DNA of 63,317 nucleotides, filler included, from Octopus bimaculoides (GCF_001194135.2; 6 parts of 6 records of this genome joined end to end with filler, not necessarily neighbours in it), one strand, 5' to 3'. Shown: positions 47,541-62,190, counted from the first letter of the whole stretch. Translations and numbers: made by a program. Notes: generated by a model not told the origin, from the letters alone.

Positions 47541-48600
47541 TATCGTAACATTGCTGCTTAATTCTCTCTCTGTGAGAATAATAATTAGATCATTTATAAT
47601 TAAATATTATTAGGAATTGTATAAAAATCTTTAAATATTTTTCTGTATTGTAGAGGTATAAGCAATTTATTGCGCCCGTGGGCAATAGAATAAGTACTGG
47701 GGTTGAAATGTCCGTCTAAAACACTTCAAGTCGGTGCCCCAGTATGGTCGTAACCCAAAGACTGAAACAAATAAATGATGAAAGAGAAAGTAACGACAAC
47801 AAACAAGGTGGCCTATTTTGGTATCTCAAAAGATCGAAATGAAACGTGCTTCTTCTGGTCAGATATAACTCAAAGAAGTCGGAATTTCAAAAACCGACAT
47901 TTCACAAGTTCTTACATATACTTAACTCATCTTAATTACTTAGTAAAAAGAAATAGATATAAACAATAACGTATATTTTCCCGTTCATATAATTCTCAAC
48001 AGAATTGTATATATTAGATGTTTGTTAAATGAAATCTCTACAGAGCAACTGGAAGCAACTCGAACGCGGTATACTACGAGAAAATAATGCAACAACCATT
48101 GTCTCGCAAATTATAAGTTTTACACCAGATGTGTCAGCATCGAAGGAATTTAATTGTTCAGTTAGTTCTCTTATTGGTTTTCTATTCTCCAAACTTACGA
48201 CGGTCTTCTTTTAAGAATAAGACATTTTAATGTCTAAACGTGTGATGGTGAGAAAATACATACATTTGAATGGCAATGGTTACATTTAAGCTGGGGGGAA
48301 ACAAAAAATTTAACGGCTACATAAATGTCACAAAGACAATTAAATCGTACGATGTATGTTAAAACGTAGCACATGTACTTTACAAGATAAAGATCTAATT
48401 TATGTAATCGGTCACACGACAATATCGTTTATGCATCTGCACGTCGTCGTCCTCCTTTTTCAAAAGAAAATTGCTTATGCATAGGAATTTTTCAGCACCC
48501 TTCGTATGTATTATACATATGCATTATATATANNNNNNNNNNNNNNNNNNNNNNNNNNNNNNNNNNNNNNNNNNNNNNNNNNNNNNNNNNNNNNNNNNNN

Positions 48601-48665
<65 letters not shown>

Positions 48666-50712
48666 CATTTATACAAATATATATGAATACAGACATTTAT
48701 ACATTTGTATGTGCTAGAATGTGTGCGTAAGTGCGTGTGTGTGTATGTGTGTGTCTGCGTGTGTGTAATGTATTCTTTTACTCACCTGTTATTGGATTGC
48801 AGTTACGCTTTGTGTGTGCGTATGTGTGCGTGTGTGCGTGTGTGCGTGTGTGTGCGTATGTGTGCGTGCGTGTGTGTATATGTGTATTAATAATACATAT
48901 ATATACATACATTCATACACACGCGCACACACAAACGCACACACTGAAACACAAACACACACATCCTTTCCACACACATTCTTCCCATACATACATCCTT
49001 CCCACACATACATCCTTCCTACACACGCACCATTTTCACACTCACGTCCTTTCCACATATAGACACACACTCAAATACACACACTCAAATACACACACTC
49101 AAATACACACTCCTATCCAAAACAATACTTCATAATATTACATCACAAAGCAACTCGGGAGCGTAGATGTTTTCAAAGAACAGAAAAGAAAGCAAAGAGA
49201 AAATGATGAAAAAAAAAAGTAAAGAAAAGGAAAAAGTTCGAAGTCAAAACAGTGATGTACATATTTACTATATCAGTGGTACTACCATTCCTTCATTCCG
49301 AGTATGTCTGTCAAACGCTATATCAGAAGAACAGTATTCCATGGCATCTTGATTGATGGTTCCTTTGATCACATTGGGTGAAACTGATCTTGAATCATGT
49401 TGGAACTCATTCTTACACAGCATGTAGGTGTGTAAAACGCATGTCTTTGAAATAGGTTCGGTATATTGTGTCCTTCCCAATCATTCCAGACGACTACATG
49501 CACACACATATCATACACACAAGCACACACAGACACACATACACAAGCACGCATAATATATACACAGACACACACATACAGAGAAAAAAATGTACATTCA
49601 TTCTGTTTCTTGTTTCTCGTAAGCGTTGTTGTGCAATAAAGAGGCTTGTTTCACAACCACAGGAATTTCGTGTCCAATCCTTACTACCCGGTACCTTGGA
49701 CGAATGTCTGCTGCTATAGCCTTGTTACCAATTTGGTAGATGGAAACTGTGTAGAAGCGAGTGGAATACCCACATACAGAACGGATGCTGTAAATGTTAC
49801 TGGCTTTGGATAAAAGATAATACAGGAAGATCGGTTAATTATGTTTCTATTCAACATATTCCCCTTCCAGATTCACAAACTTATTGCAGCAGTCCTTCAG
49901 TTATCCTAAGCCCTGTAAATGAAATCGGAATGCTGGGTCTCCAGCCAGGCCTTTCGTGATACCCTTACAGCCAAAAACTTTTCAGCACCCCTCACACACA
50001 CGCACACACTTCAAACAAATTAAAAGTTTTTTTTTTCTTTCAGCTCCGCATTGACAAAATGAACTCATGTTAATATCGCTAGCAGGAAGATAAATCCCCG
50101 TCTCTCCTATGCTTCCCACCCTAACTGTCTGTATATTCGTTTTCCTATCTCTCTTCTTTTACTCTCTCTCTCTTTCTGTCTCACATTTTCATTCTCTATC
50201 TCTCTCTCCATTTCTACCTTTGTGTATATTGCTTCATCTTTTTCTCTATTTCCATCTCTCTCTCGCTCAGTCTCTCAGTGTGTGTGTGTGTGTGTGTGTG
50301 TTTCTACGCCAACTTAACATAGTCTACACTATCTATATCTATATCATCAAGCCACATCTTTTACTTTGCCTCACTTCATAAATTTCCAATTTTTTTTTTA
50401 CCTCTTTCCTATGCCAAACTGATTCGGATTCGTTTTCCCCACTCAGTACCACTGAATTTCAAACTCTCATTTGATCACGTCCTTTCACCAGTTCTTCATT
50501 TTCCAACTCTCTCAAGAATTTTAAGAGACTTCTATGTTAAAATATCTATTAGTATGAGAAAACATTGCAGGAAAAATTATGAAGGAAAAAATTTCAATTA
50601 CAATTTTCTAGAAACTATGATATTGATAAAAATACAGAAAAAGGAGAATCCAGCAAACATCATCATCATCATCATCATCGCCATCATCATCGTCACCAAC
50701 ATCATTATTAAT

Positions 50713-50758
<46 letters not shown>

Positions 50759-51050
50759 GCATTGCGGTGTTTCTGATAATATTTTTTTGAAAAAAAAACT
50801 GAANNNNNNNNNNNNNNNNNNNNNNNNNNNNNNNNNNNNNNNNNAAAAAAAAAACAGCATGACTTTGCTTTCATTTATTTTGTTCTACAGAGTTGTGTTG
50901 TGTCCGTGGCAATAAAGTATTTTACTGATATCCTTCAGTAAATATTTATGATATGTAAATATCTTGCCACAAGATAAACATATGATGTTAAGCGATATCG
51001 TTTATTATCATTCATGTATATATATATATATTTACTTACTGTTGTCTTTG

Positions 51051-51086
<36 letters not shown>

Positions 51087-51237
51087 ATTATTATTATTAA
51101 TGTTATTTGATTACTTCCTACTATCAGCTTCATGTGGTGAGAATTTTCTGGTAATGTTTACAGTTTTGCGTTATGTAATATTAAATGATATTATCTAATT
51201 AATAGAAACAACAACAACAACAACAACAATTATAATG

Positions 51238-51283
<46 letters not shown>

Positions 51284-52164
51284 TAATGATAATGGTAATA
51301 ATAATAATAAACTGCTTGAGTTTTACGTATCATACACATGTTACAAAAAGTGGTTTTACCAAATACAATTTGTCGGCGAACACTTTGCAACGGGAGCTTG
51401 GGAATGGAAGAGTTCGAATGATATAAGTCTATAATCAAGGGGACTGGACGTTTGATATCCGCATTACATATAGCCAATCTTGTGTGTTTCCGGTCACGAT
51501 TGATCGCTACCATACTAAATACTTCCGTTTCATGCAAACCTTCTCTTGCGTGAAAACATCAGTGTAAATTGCATCTAAAAGCAGAGAAGTTTTCACAAAT
51601 CGTAAAATTGTGGGTACTGTATTGAATTTTAGAATACCATGGTGTATTCGTGTTACACATGTCATTCCGAATCACAATTAATTTTTGACCAAATGTTGAA
51701 CAATCTTTGGATAATGTTGAGCAGCCTGTGACTGAAATTGAGCGGGCTTTACCTAACGTTGATCAGGCTATGATGAACGTTAAGTAAACTTCGTTAAAGA
51801 CCGATCTCTGTTGATGAAATCTTGTTCAACTTCCAGAAACGTTTGTCCAGTATTGAAAAACCAAAGTTCAATGTACTTTTTGATAAAACTACTTTTGTCC
51901 AACGTCAATTACAATTTGATGTAATACCAATTTAGTAGATTCCATATGATATTGGAAATTGGTTATTTGTGTGTGAAATATTTTGATTAGAGTAGAATAT
52001 TAACAATCAGTTTGGCGGCAAATTTTCTCATTTTACATATCAGTTGTATATCTGAGCCTTACCAGTTTATATTGATATTGGCATTCTCATTCAAGTAACT
52101 GGACTACATTTGGAAGTGCCATACATTTTCATATTAAATGATAATATTCATCGATATTGAACGA

Positions 52165-52321
52165 CAGACATAGCTGTGTGGTAAGAAACTTGGTTCGCAA
52201 CCACATGTTTCGAGTTCAGTCCCACTGTATGGCACCTTGAGCACGTGTCTTCTACAATAGCCTCGGTCCGACCAAGGCTTTGTGAGTGGATTTGGTAGAC
52301 GGAAAGTGAAAGAAGCTCGTC

Positions 52322-52357
<36 letters not shown>

Positions 52358-52588
52358 CTATGTGTGTGTGTGTTTCTGAGTCTGTGTTTGTCCCCCACCC
52401 AATCACTGTTTGACAACTGGCGTTGGTGTATTTACGTCCCAATAACCTAGCGGTTCGGCAAATGATCTCCGATAAAATAATTACTAGGCTTGAAAAATAA
52501 CTGCTGGGGTCGATTTGTTCGGCTGAAACCCTTGGAGGCGGTGCTCCAGCATGGCCCCAGTCAAATGCCTAAAACAAGTAAAAGAATA
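52165..52588 (+). mobile_element. Full-length SINE family A
   Basis: Head atagctgtgtggtaag, B box gagttcagtcccactg, tail ggcggtgctccagcatggccccagtcaaatgcctaaaacaagtaaaaga. A decayed 5' half lies at 49615-49770. Confidence 0.9.
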
Positions 52589-52794
52589 CAAAAATATTAG
52601 ACTGTAAAATTCATCGGTGTATATTCGCATTACATATGCTCTCGTACGGTTGTTGTTGTTGCTGTTAGCGTTGTTTGGTCAGATATGAGCTCTGGTCCAG
52701 CAAATTTATGGTATGCAGGTAGCAGTTTAAATCGATCTACATATTTATATGTGACGAATAAACAATAACTTTGCCAATTGGAGCATTATTCTAT

Positions 52795-52993
52795 CATATA
52801 GGTTGCAGTAGGAAACCCGAACCTGGTGCATTTTGTTTTTCAACTACTCCAGTCAGTAGATTCTGGTCGTGGCTAAGGCGAGGGTGGCCATCTTGGATTC
52901 AGAAGGCATCCATGAAGCGGTTTTTGAGATATCCTGTCCACAGACAAACAAACAATGTGTATGGAAATCTCTCCTATGCTTCCCACCCTAACT
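52795..52993 (-). mobile_element. Possible Helentron-associated non-autonomous element (HINE/DINE-like)
   Basis: Minus strand agttagggtgggaagcataggaga...tgtttgtttgtctgtggacaggatatctcaaaaaccgc...ggtttcctactgcaacc hairpin. The terminal 26-mer recurs at 50101-50126. Confidence 0.4.
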
Positions 52994-55278
52994 TTTCTCC
53001 TACCATCCTAAGTGTATAAGATTAAAAAAAAAAGCAACGTATTATTCCGGATATAAAGTGCATCGTTCTTTACTCAAATTAATTTGAATGTATGATATAT
53101 TCGAGGTAGAATATCTGTTTCTCTTGTTAAACAACATTTTTGATAGGTTTTCTTTAAAATCTGTGATCAACAGCATTATTGATAAAGCTTGTAAAATCGG
53201 ATAGACGTAATTGCTGGCGTGCTTTTCCTACATTGATAGCGTGTTGCGAATGATATTGGTCGAAATCCGATTGAAAAACTATTTGAAGAGAGGCAAATCA
53301 CCGAGCAGAGATTCCTTGGCGTTACTCAACAATACTTATAACATCAAATAAGCATAAGATTCCCTCACCCAAATTATTTCCTTCAACCCGTTGTGTGTTG
53401 GAATAATTACATCAAATCAAATAACGACGGTGCCGACATGAAAATATTTCTTATGCAATAGGGAAACCCTGTTCAGTTACATAGGATTTTGCCAATCATT
53501 TATTCAGTTGCTTGTGGAATGAAGATTACAAGCTAATGTTGGCGAAATAATATCAAGCGTTTCTTTGTGATTTTTACTTGCTGACGAGAAACTGAGAAAT
53601 GACCAGAATAGTTAAAGTAAACCAATATAGTTCCAAATGTATCTTTATTTACTTTCCTTTCAATAAATCATTCAATTGTACGTCAGGATCTAAATAATAA
53701 TACATTAGCTCGTAGCTGAACCGTTCTTTTTATCATTGTTGCTCGTATTGTTGTTGTTCCTGTTGTTGTTGTTTTCTATTCCATCAGCTCTTGCGAGCTG
53801 GTTTTATACAATAGAACCATTTCAGTATTCGGTTACAGAAAAGGAGATTCTCAGGTGTCCATGATGATAAGATTATGGAGATGAACTATGCAAATATAAC
53901 AGTTCTTATACAATTTACGGTCGCTGCATGATACCGAAACCCTTAATATTAAATACCTCTGTGTACCAATCTATTTACTTATCTACCTGTAAACAAATAC
54001 CATTTATAATCACGAAAGAACTGTAAACATCAACACAGGATATTTATCACAACGTGAGTTAATGCCCCGCTATTGAATTAAGAAGCGTAAAACATACTTC
54101 GAAAGTGCTTAATACCTTTTAATGTTGTTAGACTAGGAGGAGTTGCCTGCACCCAGGACATCCTTAGATGCGTCAGAGACTGAGTGAGAGAAAGGAAGAT
54201 ATTCTCAGACCTGGTTCAATATTGCAACAGAGAAGATTGTACTGAAGGCACTAAAGGATCAGCAGGTCGTGCTACAGCGAGGGATGAATTAAACGTACCA
54301 GCCAAAAACAGTTGTTCCTCGGAAGAATCTTCGTACAGCTCCCAACTACCTTCCCAAATTTCTTTCTCTCTCTCTCTCTCTCTCTCTCTCCATCTATATA
54401 TACATATACATACATAAAAGAAAAACAGACGAAAAAGTAGAAAATTACTATTTTTAAATCTCACAATGTGAGATATTCAGCAACAGTACTTTGCAGTAAA
54501 GATTGTTTGCCAACATAACATGGCGGTATTGTTTTGAGCTGAGTGGCGGTGTTAGATTCCCTTGTTCGAAAATATAAGGACACAGATCGTGTCGTATAGC
54601 CAGCTGGAAACGTTTCATATGAACACCCAAGGATCATATAGACTCCTTAAGGATCATATGGACTACGGTTGGAAGCCACTGGCCTAAAGCATCTGGATTA
54701 ACATTTCATTCTTAGTCTCCCTCTTATACCCCTCATCTATAACTACTCGCCAGTAAATACGTAAATATATAACAATACTTATAGTAGAAGGCTGATAGCA
54801 CAGGGGAACAAATTTCACGGTGGAATTAATAATAGTAAAAAGGGAAACGATACTTCAATGAGCGAGACGTTCTCTCGCCTTCACGAATGAATCTTTGGTA
54901 ATCAAGCGAATGCAGTTCTTAATCGATAAAGTTTAAGATGCATCTGTGCGTAGCTGTGATTGTGTGCGTGCATATTTGGGTATGTGTGTGTGTATCAGAA
55001 GCTGGTGTCCCAAATATATGAACAGAGATCGATTGTGGAACGTAGTTTTGCATTTTAGAAAGCAAGTGAGAATTGCTAAAATATCTACTGGCCTTGTTCA
55101 GGCAGTTCAACCTTTCGATGTACTTTTAGCAATGTTATAAGAAGTAAGATCACCGTTAGAAATAATAAAAAAGTAATAAAGTCCGATATTTGGAAAAAAC
55201 GTCTGAGCATTTTACCTTTGTATAGGGACGACAAAATGAAACGATTTATGCATGAATGTCTGTATATACATACATACA

Positions 55279-55314
<36 letters not shown>

Positions 55315-55649
55315 TATATATATNNNNNNNNNNNNNNNNNNNNNNNNNNNNNNNNNNNNNNNNNNNNNNNNNNNNNNNNNNNNNNNNNNNNNNNNNNNNN
55401 NNNNNNNNNNNNNNNNNNNNNNNNNNNNNNNNNNNNNNNNNNNNNNNNNNNNNNNNNNNNNNNNNNNNNNNNNNNNNNNNNNNNNNNNNNNNNNNNNNNN
55501 NNNNNNNNNNNNNNNNNNNNNNNNNNNNNNNNNNNNNNNNNNNNNNNNNNNNNNNNNTATATATATATGTATGTATGTATATATATATATGCATGCATAT
55601 ATATATGCATGCATATATATATATTACACGTGTGTCTGTGGGGCTGCTA

Positions 55650-56050
55650 AATTACATACATAATACGATAGTGCAAACAACTGCCTGTCAAAGGGCAGCT
55701 ATCGTGTGCTCTACATTTGCACGATTTCTTATTGTGGGTCTGATGCCACCGCTTATTAGTTCTGTAGCTGGAACCCGGTGTAACTAAGATGGTAAGGTTA
55801 GCACATTTAGAATGAAGAAAGTCAACCTTATTTCTATTGCAATCAGAGACACCTAATTTATTACAGTTACCGATAATGGAATTTATTCCGGGTTTATGTT
55901 TATTTACATTATGAGGATCAGAATTATGATAATCAACAGTAGTTTGCCACATTACGTGGATCATTTGCTATATATTTTCTTGGGTGGACGGCAAGGCCTG
56001 CTTTGCTCTGTGCCACAATACCACAATGACTGGTAAAATTATTCATTTGG
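55650..56050 (-). mobile_element. Third Penelope-like relic (Cys linker and start of GIY-YIG)
   Basis: KSCKCRAHDSCPLTGSCLHYRIMY aligns with CNCHDAGSCPRDQRCLTKSIMY of the 8.2-kb copy. Confidence 0.6.
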
Positions 56051-56178
56051 AGGAGCAGCGTTTTGATGGCGTGGCTTCATGCTTACACAATGTTGGTCCG
56101 GATGTTGGAGTCGACTTTGTAGGGATCTTGAACTGAACCGATATATTATATATGTATATATATATATATGTATATAAA

Positions 56179-56502
56179 GGCACGTGGCTCAGTGGTTAGG
56201 GTATTCGGTTCACGATCGTAAGGTCGAAAGTTCAATTCTCGGCGACGCGTTGTGTCCTTGAGCAAGACACTTTATTTCACATTGCTCCCTCCAGTACACT
56301 CAGCTAGCAAAAATGAGTAGTACCTGTATTTCAAAGGACCAGCCTAATCACACTTTGTGTCACGCTGATTGTCCCTCACAACTACGATAAGTGTTCATAT
56401 GTTTGTGGAGTACTCAGCCACATGCACGTTAATTTCACCAACAGGCTTTTCCGTTGATCGGATCGACTGAAACCCTTGTCTTCGTAACTGACGAAGTACC
56501 AT
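56179..56502 (+). mobile_element. tRNA-type SINE family D
   Basis: A box gtggctcagtggttagg, B-box-like aagttcaattctc, ttgtgtccttgagcaagacacttt (CORE/V-like), terminal cttcgtaactgacgaag hairpin. Confidence 0.8.
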
Positions 56503-56590
56503 TTATATATATATATAAGTATATGTATCTATAATGAGTTTGTGTTTGATGTACTACGCACATAACTGTTGCGCTCTATCTTTGCCGAGT

Positions 56591-56894
56591 GGCGGCACAT
56601 GGCCTAGTAGTTAGAGCAGCGGACTCGCGGTTGAGGGATCGCAGGTTCGAATCTCAGACCGGACGATGTGTGTGTTTATGAGCGAAACACCTAAACTCCA
56701 TGTGATTTCGGCAGACTGTAGTGGCGAACTTCTGTTGACTCTTTCGCCATTGCTTTCTCTCTCTCACTCTTTCCTCCTGCGTCTAGCAGCTCACCTGCGA
56801 CGGGCAGGCATCTCGTCCATGTAGGGAACCTATACGCCAATGAAACCGGGAAACCAGCCCTTTTGAGCCAGGCATGGCTCGAGAAGGAACAAAC
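56591..56894 (+). mobile_element. tRNA-type SINE family E (V-domain-like)
   Basis: A box tggcctagtagttagag, B box ggttcgaatctc, and cctgcgacgggcaggcatctcgtcca...gaaaccgg resembling the V-SINE central domain (from memory). Confidence 0.75.
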
Positions 56895-57111
56895 ATCTTT
56901 GCCGCAGCCTAATGGCTGAAACCAGTAAAAGAGAATCAATTTTAAGACTATGATATTCTATATGCATGCATTCGTAGAGGCAGATATACAAATGTACAAA
57001 TATACAAGCCATGAATCACCATTATTATTATTATCATCGTTATTATCTTTCATACTCCGTATTCTTACATCTGAATGATTTATTTTGCTTCGCTGAAATG
57101 AAGATACTATT

Positions 57112-57169
<58 letters not shown>

Positions 57170-57854
57170 CTTGTATCTATATATGTGTGTAAGTATACAT
57201 CTATCTATCTATCTATCTATCTATGAATATGACTGTGCTTGCATATTTATATGTATGTAAGCACTATTCCACAGTATATAGATTAATATTTCTTTGTGCA
57301 TAGATGAAAAGAAAAGTATGTACTGTTTAAATTTAATTTAAATATTTGTATACAAATGAATAGAAACTTATAAATTTTATAGCAAACTTAAACAGCCATA
57401 ATGAATAGGATTTGAATGTATTCAGAACGTCATTCCAAATTTGTATAAGTCTATATGTATTCTTAGAATTATCTGGTATTTTGAAAATATAATTTCATAA
57501 CTGAATAATGTGAATGTAATACAATGAATGGTACCGACACATATCGAATATTCAATGTGTGGAATAATAAATCATCATTATTATGAATTTATAAACATGC
57601 ATGTATATATATGCACATTGATATGAATATATACGCACACACACAAATACATATGTGTATGTATATGACTCTATATATCTATATCTATCTATGTCTCTAT
57701 CCGTCTGTCTTTTTCTCTATATAGATAGATATGTATAGATATAGATATTAGCATATAGATACAGCACATAATCACATGTAGTATATTCACACGCAATTAT
57801 GATCATATATATACGGCTGTGCATTTGCATAAACGAATGCATGGACGTGTGTGC

Positions 57855-57899
<45 letters not shown>

Positions 57900-58088
57900 T
57901 ACACGCACGCACACACACAAACATATATATATATATATATACGTATCGAATTACAAGTATGTATGCATTTATATGTGCGTATAAAAGATAAGTGGTGCAT
58001 GTGTATGGTGCTGTCTCTGTGTATACGTGTTTTTGTGAGCATTAATACATATATGCATGCATGTATGTGTGTATGTATCTATGTATAT

Positions 58089-58142
58089 ATGTATCTCTCT
58101 CAATCTATGTATCTCTCTCAATCTATGTATCTCTCTCAATCT
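58089..58142. repeat. 18-bp minisatellite, three copies
   Basis: (atgtatctctctcaatct)3. Confidence 0.9.
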
Positions 58143-59218
58143 ATTTATCTATCTATCCATATCTATATCTATATGTTTGTGTGTGTGTGGTGTGTGTGTG
58201 TAAGGGGGGGGGAGTATAAGAACCTACTGTGGACAAGCCTGTGCGGCGTTCTATTATAAAAAAAAAATGCATTAAGTACAGGACATCATCAGCGAGTGAA
58301 GAATACGCAAACACATAACGAGTGACAAGTACGGGGCAAAATACCGAAAGAAGTGTAACTCCTCATTTGTTGTCTGTTTATTACTCCATATTTCGAGCTT
58401 TCAACGGCAAGATCGGAAAACGTCATATGACAGCAGCATCCAGAAATTTTTAAAATATAAAATTTGTGATAAGTTAGGGCTTCGAACGAACAAACAGCAA
58501 CAGAGTGGACGTGCAGAGTGAACAATCGATGAAGACAAACATTAAGGGCCGTTCGGCCAAGACGAATTGTAATGGGTAACACCTGGGAGAAATTTTGAAA
58601 GGATATAGAATAAATAGAAGAAAATAGTAGAAGAGGAAAAATGTCGGGAGGCAAGAAAAATTAGGTCTAGCTAAATGGACGTCTGGTCCAGAAAAGACAG
58701 GCGAGAGAAAAATGGCCTGTAGTCACGTGTAACCAACAGAGAGTAAGGAGGGGAACAAGAGAAGGGGGATGAGGGAAAGAAATAAAGGGAGTAGAGAGAA
58801 GGAAAAAAGGAACGAAAAATAGAAGGTAGTGGAAGAAAGACAGGGGACAGCGAAAAAGAAGGGGGAGAAACAGAAAATAAAGAGGATTATATAGGGAGAA
58901 AGAGAAAAGGAAAGAAAGGAGTATGGAGTCGCAGATATTATATATAAAAGTGTGTATTTTTTTGGTATTTTGTACTGTTTTTTTACGTATTTTTCACTCN
59001 NNNNNNNNNNNNNNNNNNNNNNNNNNNNNNNNNNNNNNNNNNNNNNNNNNNNNNNNNNNNNNNNNNNNNNNNNNNNNNNNNNNNNNNNNNNNNNNNNNNN
59101 NNNNNNNNNNNNNNNNNNNNNNNNNNNNNNNNNNNNNNNNNNNNNNNNNNNNNNNNNNNNNNNNNNNNNNNNNNNNNNNNNNNNNNNNNNNNNNNNNNNN
59201 NNNNNNNNNNNNNNNNNN

Positions 59219-59254
<36 letters not shown>

Positions 59255-60389
59255 GCGAAATTATGGAGATTTCCAAGTAAACATACAGAATCACTTGTTC
59301 TAGCGAAGACTTCGTACCTCGCAGCGCCGCATGGGATACCGGTTTCATGTTCACTCTTCACTCTCAAGTAGACCATTGTACAACAAAATTTACGCGACTT
59401 AAATCCCCGACGAGAGCTATTAACACTTTTAAAACTCGTACTCAAACACCTCTGGACCTGGCATAAAGCACTTTGACTCTTACCATTTTATTCTTTGCCT
59501 TGCATCCGTCGTGTTTCAATTCACCATTTTGAACAACACTTGTCACATCTGATCGTTCTGCACCTCCATCTAAGCATTACATCGTACATTACGTCATTCA
59601 TTTTTTTTTTTTTACCAGACCATTACTCTATCAGTTCCAATTCCTTCTACTGCTTTTCGCTTCACTTCACCTTTGGTCTCTCTAAATTCATTTTTTAATC
59701 TCTTTTGCTTTCTATTACCCTCATCTTTTAATCCATTTAGATTTCAATCCATTATAAAAATTAGACAGATTTTGATTTCTTTTACTACTTTTTAAAATTC
59801 TCTGTTTTTTTATAAATTACAAATATGTACTTTAATATTTAATATATTTTTATAGATTAATACATATTTATACACATTTATAGATTTAACTTTTTCGTCA
59901 CATATTCTTATTGCATGCATTTTTCATGGACTAAAATATTAATTCATTTTAATATCGATTTTGAAGTTTCATTAGTTAATTCCTATTATCACTTATTCGT
60001 CATTCATCCAGCTCAACTCAGATACAGTAGAAGATATTTCTTGAAGTTGGCACATAGTAGGTTCGAACCAGGAACCATGTGGCTGGGATGCAACGTCCGC
60101 TGAGACTAATATAATGACAAATATGTTTGGCGATATTCAGTTATACTACCAAAAGGGCTATCACCCACAAAACAAAAGCAGACCACACACTCATAGATTC
60201 GTACACTATACAGACATACATACATGTGGAAAATGTACAACGCATTTACCTCCATTAACATTATTTTAGATGAGTGCACTCTATATTCTATTGTTTCTTT
60301 TTGCGCCATTTTAATGTATATAGATGCATAGATACATAAATACATACATACACACGCATATATGTGTATGCGGATGTTTATATATACAC

Positions 60390-60429
<40 letters not shown>

Positions 60430-60529
60430 NNNNNNNNNNNNNNNNNNNNNNNNNNNNNNNNNNNNNNNNNNNNTTAATTAATTAANNNNNNNNNNNNNNN
60501 NNNNNNNNNNNNNNNNNNNNNNNNNNNNN
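60430..60529. other. Artificial 100-bp spacer
   Basis: TTAATTAATTAA at 60474-60485 between N runs. Confidence 0.95.
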
Positions 60530-62086
60530 GTGTGTGTGTGTGTGTGTGTGTGTGTGTGCCTGTGTGTGTGCCTGTGGTGGGATATGTATGTAAAACAACC
60601 TATTGTGTTCTTTCTCAGTATATTCCTATATTTCCATATCTCTGTCATGCTATCAATCCAGAGCTTCATACCCAAAATCCGAAACCTTAAATCATAATCT
60701 TCACACCAAAACTGGAGGAATCATATACATTGATAGAAGGGGAGGATGGGTGGGGCACAAAATGAATTGCATTTTATTCAGTTTTGCCTTATTGCTGCTT
60801 CTACATCTATGCCTTCAGATATTTTTCATGATTCAAGGGAAGGTTCCATGCATTGCGAATGAACTAGGGTGCGTGAAATCTCCTCCGCATCACCTGAGAA
60901 AATATTAAAAGAAAGGCAGAAATATATTACGAAAAAGTTATACTTGAATGCTCTAGTGTAGGCTTTAAATTTCTGACGTTGTGTTTATCGGTTTCAATGA
61001 TGATGTTCTTGCTGTGCCGCAGGTTAGGTCTGACTGATCAGTGATATGATATTCAGATAGTGGGGTAGCGTCACCATCACCAGTTATACCATAACTCATT
61101 CTAGCTGGGGATTATAGTGCATATTATAAATCGCTGAAAGACCCAGTTTCGAGGCGCATATATTCTAGTGGTTTCCAAGGAGAACTCCGTTAGACTGCAA
61201 GTTTGCTTTCCTCTGTAGTTGTATTGGGTTTTCAGCATACAACTAAACACTTTGAGTATAATGCGGCTCTTGATGTTGCAGCTTTTTGCTATATGCATTC
61301 ATTTCTTTCGTTCAATATATTTTCTCTAAGCAGAGTGGAAGCATCGGAGCGTTTAAGATATTGCTATGACTTTACTGCGCGGGGATTGGATGTGATTTGT
61401 CCTGTATTAGTACGCTTGTGTTTGCTCTATTACTTTTTAGTACTTTAGCTTCCCTACGTCTGTGGTCAGAGCGGTGTGATATTTGTACAACCTGAGAATA
61501 TGCTTAATACACTATTTTGTATCCTTTATAGTTCATAGCGGTTTGTTATGAAGAGATTAAAGGATAAGAAAGCACTAACATATCAGAAAGTTTTTCAGAA
61601 TTTCTTGAAATAAATTCTTTCTCATTAAATATTAATAGAATTGTGCTCCAAGCCATTATAATCTTTAGAAACGGACTCTTGATATATATATATATAATGT
61701 TTGTATGTATGTATGTATGTATGTATGTATGTACGTACGTATGTATGTATGTATGTATGTATGTATATGGAATACTTGATAATATATACTCAGTTTCATT
61801 GATTTTAGTTCTTTGTTTTACTATGAAAATGTTTAGACGGATTCCTTTTCTCCTTTATTGCCCCTGAATTCTTCAGCCACTCTCAAGTAGATAATAATTT
61901 AGCCAGCTCACCGCCTTACTACTAATAATAATAATAACAACAGCAGCAGCTACAACAACAAGAACAGCAACAACAGCAACAACAAAAGTAATAATAATAC
62001 GAAAACTGCAACCCTGTGACAAAAATTTTAAAATTTTAATTACATATGCTCCCATATCTATACAATTTCGCTCTCTCACTCTCTCG

Positions 62087-62117
<31 letters not shown>

Positions 62118-62190
62118 TATACATATACATATACATATATAGAGACAGACAGACAGACAGACAGACAGATTGATAGATAGATAGATAGAT

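Noticed and set aside
51320-52050. Possible old transposase relic (FFNTGQTFLEVEQDF, vaguely Sola/Zator-like)
   Set aside because: Only one short motif among many stops. It needs a profile search before any call.
54130-54300. Possible RTE 3' relic or exon (SDLVQYCNREDC / WFNIATEKIVLKALKDQQ)
   Set aside because: Similarity is too weak and the splice signals are not convincing.
54598-54688. Tiny hAT-like MITE ending ggttggaagccactg
   Set aside because: The left TIR and the TSD are not recoverable.
60940-61450. Protein-like minus frame ending MSYGITGDGDATPLSEY...
   Set aside because: Five stops in the upstream frame, a weak acceptor and no recognisable family.
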